Below are positions 36,688-42,420 of a stretch of DNA of 42,420 nt, piece after piece. This DNA comes from Deltaproteobacteria bacterium. Its GTDB lineage: Bacteria; Myxococcota_A; UBA9160; SMWR01. The stretch is from NCBI GenBank assembly GCA_032128375.1, contig JAQBGU010000213.1, forward strand, positions 1 to 42,420, read 5' to 3'. Position numbers and translations under genes: made by a program. How positions within the stretch are numbered: the first letter of the stretch is position 1; each line of letters begins with the position of its first letter. Under the pieces are notes generated by a model. The model ran no database searches. It saw nothing but the letters and a program-made list of their open reading frames with translations, and had not been told where the DNA came from.

Positions 36688-38478
36688 TTGGAGTCACAGG
36701 CCCTCCAGTGCATGGTTGCGTTCAGCGTGGCCGTCGTCGTTGGAATGTATGCCGCTTCGCGCGGTGAAAAGAACTATTGGTCCGTTGTCTCGCTGATGGC
36801 GGCGATCGCGCTTTGGACCGGCGGAACTGCACTTCGCATCGTCGTCGCGCCCGAAACCTCCGCCGGTTTGTTCTTGGCGCACTACATCGGTGCGGTTTCG
36901 ATCGCACCACTCTGGGCGATCATCGCTGCGCGCCTCACTCACGTCAGTTGGCTGACGAACTCCCGTGCGATTCTTCTGGGTGTACCATCAGTAGCCGCCT
37001 ACCTGGCTGCGGTCAGTAACCCGCTCCATCACTGGTATTTTCAAACCGACTATCCAGAGGTCGAGGCCGGTCTCAGCGCGACCGCCGGGCCGCTGTTGTG
37101 GCCATTCACCATCTGGAGCTACGTGTTGGTGGCTGCTGGGATCGGACTATTCATCCGATCGGCGTGGGGAGTGGCGCGTTCTGGCCAGAGGCTCCGTGGT
37201 GCCTTGATTGCCAGCGTTGCAGGCCTGCCGGTGATCGCCGCAAGCATGCGTTCACTCGAACTCACACCCCCTGGCTACGACATCACTCCGCTCGCGATCG
37301 CGATCTCGGTCAGCGCGCTGTTCGCGTTGCACTGGCGCTACCAGATGCGAGATACGCTACCGCTCGCCATGCGAGATGTGATCGGGCACCTCGGCGACGG
37401 TGTCATCATCCTCGATGACACTGGACGCATCCGGGATGCCAACCCGAGCGCCGACGACATCATGGGCGCAAAGACGGGCGCCTTGCGCGGACGAATGTTG
37501 ATCGAAGTCGTTTCGAATTCCGACGTCAGCATCACGCCTCGAGGCCTGGAACGGGCAGCGGCAGCAATTCAACACAGCGAAGGCCCGTGGATTCACAAAT
37601 TCGAGACTCCCGACCGGCGCTTCATTGAATCCACTACGGCCGAAGTCCGCGGCGACGACGGCGAGCCCGCGGGCTTCTATACCGTGCTACGCGATCACAC
37701 CGAAAAGCGCCGAATGGAACACTTCTTGCGCCAGAGCCAGCGCATGGAAATCATGGCCGGGCTCTCCGCTGGGATTGCGCACGAGATCAACAATCCACTC
37801 GCCTACATCCGATCGAATCTGAACCACATCGTGGAATTGGCTCGCGATATCGAGGACCAACAGAAGGATTCGAGCGAAAAAACTTCGGACGAATGCGAAG
37901 AATTGCGCGCCGTCGCCGAGGAGTGTAGCGAGGGCATCGATCGCATCGGTGGCATCGTCGATCGCATGCGCCGATTCTCGCGGATGCGGGCCGACGAGCT
38001 GTCTGCCGTCGACATCAACGAAGTGCTCGCCGATGCGCTGAAGATGTCGCGATTGCGCGGCGACGCATCGATTACACTGCTGTACCAGCCAGACGCGTCG
38101 CTGCCTCGCGTTCGCGCGTCACATGGACACATCGTGCAACTGCTGTTGAACCTGTGTTCCAACGCCCGACAGGCCGTCGAGGGAATCGCTCAACCGACCG
38201 TCGAGATCGAAACTCGCGTTTGTGAAACAGAGGTGCTGGTTCGCATTCGGGACAATGGACCGGGGATTCCGTCGCGCATTCGGGGACGCATCTTCGACCC
38301 GTTCTTCACCACAAAGGCGCCCGGTGAGGGTACCGGGCTGGGACTCCCAATCGCGTATGGGATCGCGCGCGAACACGGCGGATCCCTCGCATTCGAACCC
38401 TCTGCGAGCGGGGGCGCACAGTTCACGCTGCGCCTTCCAATTTTGGGACAAACCGCCAGCGAGATTCCGACGGATTGA
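36688..38478 (+). CDS. Sensor histidine kinase (7TM sensor, PAS, HisKA, HATPase)
   Basis: Seven hydrophobic segments, PAS (DGVIILDDTGRIRDANPSA), H-box AHEINNPL, N-box LNLCSNA, DNGPGI, FDPFFTTK, GTGLGL. Confidence 0.95.
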   Translation: MESQALQCMVAFSVAVVVGMYAASRGEKNYWSVVSLMAAIALWTGGTALRIVVAPETSAGLFLAHYIGAVSIAPLWAIIAARLTHVSWLTNSRAILLGVPSVAAYLAAVSNPLHHWYFQTDYPEVEAGLSATAGPLLWPFTIWSYVLVAAGIGLFIRSAWGVARSGQRLRGALIASVAGLPVIAASMRSLELTPPGYDITPLAIAISVSALFALHWRYQMRDTLPLAMRDVIGHLGDGVIILDDTGRIRDANPSADDIMGAKTGALRGRMLIEVVSNSDVSITPRGLERAAAAIQHSEGPWIHKFETPDRRFIESTTAEVRGDDGEPAGFYTVLRDHTEKRRMEHFLRQSQRMEIMAGLSAGIAHEINNPLAYIRSNLNHIVELARDIEDQQKDSSEKTSDECEELRAVAEECSEGIDRIGGIVDRMRRFSRMRADELSAVDINEVLADALKMSRLRGDASITLLYQPDASLPRVRASHGHIVQLLLNLCSNARQAVEGIAQPTVEIETRVCETEVLVRIRDNGPGIPSRIRGRIFDPFFTTKAPGEGTGLGLPIAYGIAREHGGSLAFEPSASGGAQFTLRLPILGQTASEIPTD

Positions 38479-38578
38479 CGCTCCGCGACCCCGGATTTCT
38501 CCGGTCGACGACTCAACATCCTGATCATTCTGATCGACGCCGTCCCACCCGGGCCTTCGCCTGCCCGAGCAGGCCCGA

Positions 38579-39997
38579 TCATTGAATCGGTGACGTGAGC
38601 CTTGCGAGACGCACGCGAAACTGAAACCACCACGACTTCTGGTCGAACTCGCCCTCCTCCATCAGGCGGGACTGCGAGAAGTCGCGGGCGAACATCCGCT
38701 CGACGGCGACGACGAACGCCGGGTCGGAGACCACCGCGGTGATCTCGAAGTTGAGGCGGAAGGAGCGGTTGTCGAAGTTGGCGGTGCCGATCGTCGCGAT
38801 CTCGTCGTCGATCAGCATCGCTTTTGCGTGTAGGAAGCCGTTCAAATACCGATAGAAGCGGACTCCCGTGCGTCCCGCCTCGTCGAAGTAAGAGTACGCG
38901 GCCAGGTAGACGAGCAGGTGGTCGGGGTTGTCGGGAATCAGGATGCGTACATCGACGCCCCGGAGTCCCGCGAGCTGGAGCGCGACGACGATCGACCGGT
39001 CGGGTACGAAGTAGGGGCTCGCGATCCACAGACGCTTCCGCGCCGAGCCGATCGCGTGGGCGAACATCAGATTCGCGGTCTCGAGCGCGTCCGCCGGGCC
39101 GCTCGGGATGATCGCCACAGGCACGTCGCTTCCATCGGACGGCGTGTGCGGTTCGAAGCGGAGTGACGGGATCCGTTCCGTTGCCCAGTGCCAATCGGAG
39201 ACGAACGAACTCTGGACCTCGAGGACGGCGGGCCCCTCGATGCGGACATGCGCATCGCGCCAATGACCGAACCGCGGATCCTTCCCGAGGTACTCGTCGC
39301 CGACGTTATGTCCCCCGATCCAGGCGACCTTGCCGTCGACCACGACGATCTTCCGGTGATTGCGGAAGTTCAGCTGGAAGCGATTTCCCTTGCCCTTGCG
39401 GGTATTGAACGGCGCCACTTCGACGCGCACAGCGCGCAGCTCGTCGAGATAGCTGGAAGGGAGCTCGTGACTCCCGACCTCGTCGTAGACGAAATAGACG
39501 CGCACACCTTCCTTCGCCCGGGCGACAAGGTGCTCCCTGACCCGGCGTCCGAGGCTGTCGTCCTTCACGATGAAGAACTGGAACAGGATATAGTCCGCGG
39601 CGCGATCGATCCCTTCGAGGATGCTCGAGAAAGTCGCCTCCCCGTCGATCAACAGGTCCACGCGATTGCCGCGCAGCATCGGCATCTGGCCCAGGGCCTC
39701 GACGACATGCAGCGACGCGTGTCGTTCCACGTGCTGGAAGCGAAACGGAGCGATCGCGTCGCGCAACTGTCGCTCGCTGTGCGCAACCCGGTCGTCCGGG
39801 GTGCGCCGCAACGCGACATCCCCCCGGAACCGGCTGCGTCCGAGCACCCAATACGCCGGCACCGCGAGGTACGGGAAGGTGTTCAGCGACACGAGCCACG
39901 CGATCGCGCCCTGCGCGGTACGCGTGCCCATGACCGCGTGAACCGACGAGAGCAAACCCAGCGCATGCGCGAAGAGGATCAGCGCGGCCACGATCAC
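38579..39997 (-). CDS. cls: Cardiolipin synthase (PLD family)
   Basis: N-terminal TM hairpin (AIAWLV) and two HKD motifs, RNHRKIVVVD and LHAKAMLIDD, plus SPYFVPD and NFDNRSFRLNFE. Confidence 0.94.
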   Translation of the reverse strand: MIVAALILFAHALGLLSSVHAVMGTRTAQGAIAWLVSLNTFPYLAVPAYWVLGRSRFRGDVALRRTPDDRVAHSERQLRDAIAPFRFQHVERHASLHVVEALGQMPMLRGNRVDLLIDGEATFSSILEGIDRAADYILFQFFIVKDDSLGRRVREHLVARAKEGVRVYFVYDEVGSHELPSSYLDELRAVRVEVAPFNTRKGKGNRFQLNFRNHRKIVVVDGKVAWIGGHNVGDEYLGKDPRFGHWRDAHVRIEGPAVLEVQSSFVSDWHWATERIPSLRFEPHTPSDGSDVPVAIIPSGPADALETANLMFAHAIGSARKRLWIASPYFVPDRSIVVALQLAGLRGVDVRILIPDNPDHLLVYLAAYSYFDEAGRTGVRFYRYLNGFLHAKAMLIDDEIATIGTANFDNRSFRLNFEITAVVSDPAFVVAVERMFARDFSQSRLMEEGEFDQKSWWFQFRVRLARLTSPIQ

Positions 39998-40770
39998 CTT
40001 GCGTCACCGTCCGGCTTTTCCGGATCGCTCTCGGCCACCGCCTGCATCACGGCGCGGCGCGCGAGCCTGGAGATGAATGTCATCACGACGAGGCACGCGA
40101 CTATTCCGCCGAGGAGGATTCCGTCGTGTAGAACCTCCGCATGGCGATCGCTGCTCGCTATGCCCACCATGTGCTTGCCCGCGTAGCCGAAATAGACCTC
40201 GATGAAGAGGACCGGCAGCAGCGCAAAGCTCGCGACCAGGAAGCTCCAGTACCGGACCCCGGTTGCGCCGAGGAGGTAGCTGATCGTGGCCGGGTTGAGC
40301 GGCGTGAGGCGGAGCAACACCTGCAGGCGGAGTTGGTCGTGGTACACGGCCCGCTGAATGGCAGCGAGCGACGGTCGCGTCTCGATCGCCCGCTCAACCC
40401 GCGCGCGCAGCAGGCGACGCGAGAGGTTGAACTGGAGCGTCGTGGAGAGCAGGTTTCCGGCAGCGATCACCGCGGCACCCTCCACGAACCCGAAGAGCGC
40501 TCCTGCGACGATGCACAAAAGGGTGTCGGGAACGAAGAGCGAAGTCCCGAGTACGAACAAGCCAACGTAGACGAGTGGAGCAGAGGGGCCGAGACCCGTG
40601 ATCCATGACTCGATATCTGAGACATGCCCTTCGATCTCGCGACCCAATGCAATCACCGCCGCGACGAGCAGGATGCCGAGCGCGAGGTAGGGCAGCAGCT
40701 TGCGAATGGATGCTCCGGCGAGGAGACCGCGGAACCGGCTCGTGTGCTCGGATTCGCCTGCTGGGGTCAT
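39994..40770 (-). CDS. TVP38/TMEM64 (DedA/VTT) membrane protein
   Basis: ATG 40770 with GGAG RBS; FVPDTLLCIVAGALFG, LLRLTPLNP, SYLLGAT. The stop overlaps the cls start (GTGA). Confidence 0.9.
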   Translation of the reverse strand: MTPAGESEHTSRFRGLLAGASIRKLLPYLALGILLVAAVIALGREIEGHVSDIESWITGLGPSAPLVYVGLFVLGTSLFVPDTLLCIVAGALFGFVEGAAVIAAGNLLSTTLQFNLSRRLLRARVERAIETRPSLAAIQRAVYHDQLRLQVLLRLTPLNPATISYLLGATGVRYWSFLVASFALLPVLFIEVYFGYAGKHMVGIASSDRHAEVLHDGILLGGIVACLVVMTFISRLARRAVMQAVAESDPEKPDGDAR

Positions 40771-40938
40771 CGGTTCTCCACGTTCGATCTCCAATGATCG
40801 CGCACGCCGTTCGGGAAGCCTGAGCGTACCGAGGCCACGCCGGATCCGAAATGATCCCAAGAGCCCGGCTTCGCTTTTGCAGACTCTTTGCGCGTGGTAA
40901 CGAGATTCAGTATGAACTGCGGAACGTCATCAAGGGCA

Positions 40939-40966
40939 GCTTGAATCCAGTGGCTTGAATCCAGTG
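40939..40966. repeat. Perfect 14-bp tandem duplication GCTTGAATCCAGTG x2
   Basis: Read directly at 40939-40952 and 40953-40966. Confidence 0.9.
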
Positions 40967-40972
40967 GTGAGC

Positions 40973-41033
40973 TTCTGGAAAGTTCTGGGAAAGTTCTGGA
41001 AAGTTCTGGAAAGCCCTGGAAAGCTCTGGGGCG
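40973..41033. repeat. Array of ~6 tandem 10-bp repeats, consensus TTCTGGAAAG
   Basis: TTCTGGAAAG, TTCTGGGAAAG, TTCTGGAAAG, TTCTGGAAAG, CCCTGGAAAG, CTCTGGGGCG. Confidence 0.9.
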
Positions 41034-41067
41034 CTCCAGCGGCGGATCAATAGGGAAAATACGAACA

Positions 41068-42420
41068 ATGAGAGCACGAACTGCCAAACTTCGAACGCGC
41101 GTCTTGTTGCTTGCAGCCCTCGCAGTGGCGAGCATGGCGACATCTTTCGCCCACGCCCAGGAAGTCACCGGTACGCTCGGTTCACCCAGCGCCACGACCA
41201 CCATCAGTGGCAAACAACTCCCTGCGCCCGACCCCGAATTCGGCGGCGTGATCGACACCGATGCCCTCCAATCGAAACCGTGGTGGGCGCCGCGCGTCGT
41301 GCCGCCCAAGCAAGCGCCTAACATCCTGCTCATCATCACGGACGACTCCGGGTTTGGCGTGCCGAGCACGTTTGGTGGTGTCATTCCGACGCCCACGTTG
41401 GATCGCGTCGCGAATGCAGGTCTGCGCTACAACAACATTCACTCGACCGCGCTCTGTTCGCCGACCCGCGCCGCGCTCATCACCGGCCGGAACCATCACT
41501 CGGCCGGTTTCGGCGTGATCTCCGAGCAGGCCACAGGCTTCCCCGGCTACAACAGCATCATCGCCGAGGACAAGGCCACCATCGGGCGGATCTTGCTCGA
41601 TAACGGCTACGCCACCGCGTGGTTCGGCAAGGATCACAACACGCCGGCATTTGCCGCCAGCCAGGTCGGGCCGTTCGCTCAATGGCCGACCGGCATGGGC
41701 TTCGAGTATTTCTACGGCTTCGTGGGCGGCGATTCGAACCAGTGGCAACCGAATCTGTTCCGCAACACCACCCAGATCTATCCCTTCGAGGGCAAGCCGG
41801 GATGGAACCTGGTCACCGGCATGGCTGACGACGCGATCGACTACTTGAATCGCGTCAACCAAACGATGCCCAGCAAGCCGTTCTTCGTAAAATACGCGCC
41901 CGGTGCCACACACGCACCGCATCATCCAACGAAGGAATGGGTGGAGAAGATCGCCCAGTTGCATCTCTTCGACGAAGGCTGGAACAAGCTTCGCGAGCAG
42001 ATCTTCGAAAACCAGAAGCGCCTCGGCGTGATCCCAAAGGACACGCAGCTCGAGCCCTGGCCGGCGGATGTCCTCAAGAACTGGGATGATTTGACAGTCG
42101 AGGAGCAGAAGCTCTTCATCAAACAGGTGGAGATCTTCGCCGCCTATGCGGCTTATAGCGATCACGAGATTGGACGCGTCATTCAAACCATCGAGGACAT
42201 GGGCAAGCTCGACAACACGCTCGTCATCTACATCAACGGCGACAACGGCACGAGCGCCGAGGGTGGCCCACTCGGAACGCCTAACGAGGTCGCGTTCTTC
42301 AACGGCGTGCCCATGATGCCCGTCGCCGAACAGATGAAGTGGTATGACGTGTGGGGCACCGAGCAGACCTACAACCATATGTCGGCGGGCTGGTCCTGGG
42401 CCTTCGATACGCCCTTCACC
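41068..42420 (+). CDS. Arylsulfatase (Cys-type formylglycine sulfatase), 5' part (runs off the right edge; absent from the ORF track)
   Basis: Manual translation from ATG 41068 gives a signal peptide (AHA|QE), APNILLIITDDSGFG, ALCSPTRAALITGRNHH, FGKDH, YAPGATHAPHH and GDNG. Confidence 0.95.
   Translation, partial: MRARTAKLRTRVLLLAALAVASMATSFAHAQEVTGTLGSPSATTTISGKQLPAPDPEFGGVIDTDALQSKPWWAPRVVPPKQAPNILLIITDDSGFGVPSTFGGVIPTPTLDRVANAGLRYNNIHSTALCSPTRAALITGRNHHSAGFGVISEQATGFPGYNSIIAEDKATIGRILLDNGYATAWFGKDHNTPAFAASQVGPFAQWPTGMGFEYFYGFVGGDSNQWQPNLFRNTTQIYPFEGKPGWNLVTGMADDAIDYLNRVNQTMPSKPFFVKYAPGATHAPHHPTKEWVEKIAQLHLFDEGWNKLREQIFENQKRLGVIPKDTQLEPWPADVLKNWDDLTVEEQKLFIKQVEIFAAYAAYSDHEIGRVIQTIEDMGKLDNTLVIYINGDNGTSAEGGPLGTPNEVAFFNGVPMMPVAEQMKWYDVWGTEQTYNHMSAGWSWAFDTPFT

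Noticed and set aside
41182..42378. 398-aa minus-strand ORF, and similar long antisense ORFs across the window
   Set aside because: It is the shadow of the plus-strand arylsulfatase; long antisense ORFs are expected with high-GC codon bias.

Overview
This is a GC-rich bacterial chromosomal window; the gene content suggests a Myxococcota/deltaproteobacterial lineage, which is inference only. I found no rRNA, tRNA, CRISPR array or mobile element. Housekeeping genes (purA partial, serA, TrmH methylase, nagZ, aroA, cls) are interspersed with envelope and secreted-protein modules: a GldA/F/G-like ABC triad; an ExbB/ExbD-type motor divergent from a TonB/TolA-like gene followed by a ~1100-aa secreted protein made of ~42 Dx[DNT]x[DN]G beta-hairpin repeats; a CehA/McbA-like metallohydrolase coupled to a HEAT protein; three sulfatase-family genes; and an MlaC-like gene convergent with an MMPL/RND transporter. 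The most striking locus is 27957-34965. It encodes a ~1700-aa surface-anchored fusion of a galactose-oxidase-type copper radical oxidase (all five catalytic residues present) with carbohydrate-binding modules, a beta-propeller and a di-heme c domain. It is followed by a YtkA/FixH-like His/Met lipoprotein and a MauG/MbnH-like di-heme enzyme, which together suggest a self-activating copper-radical-oxidase system. All calls come from reading motifs by eye; no database search was run.
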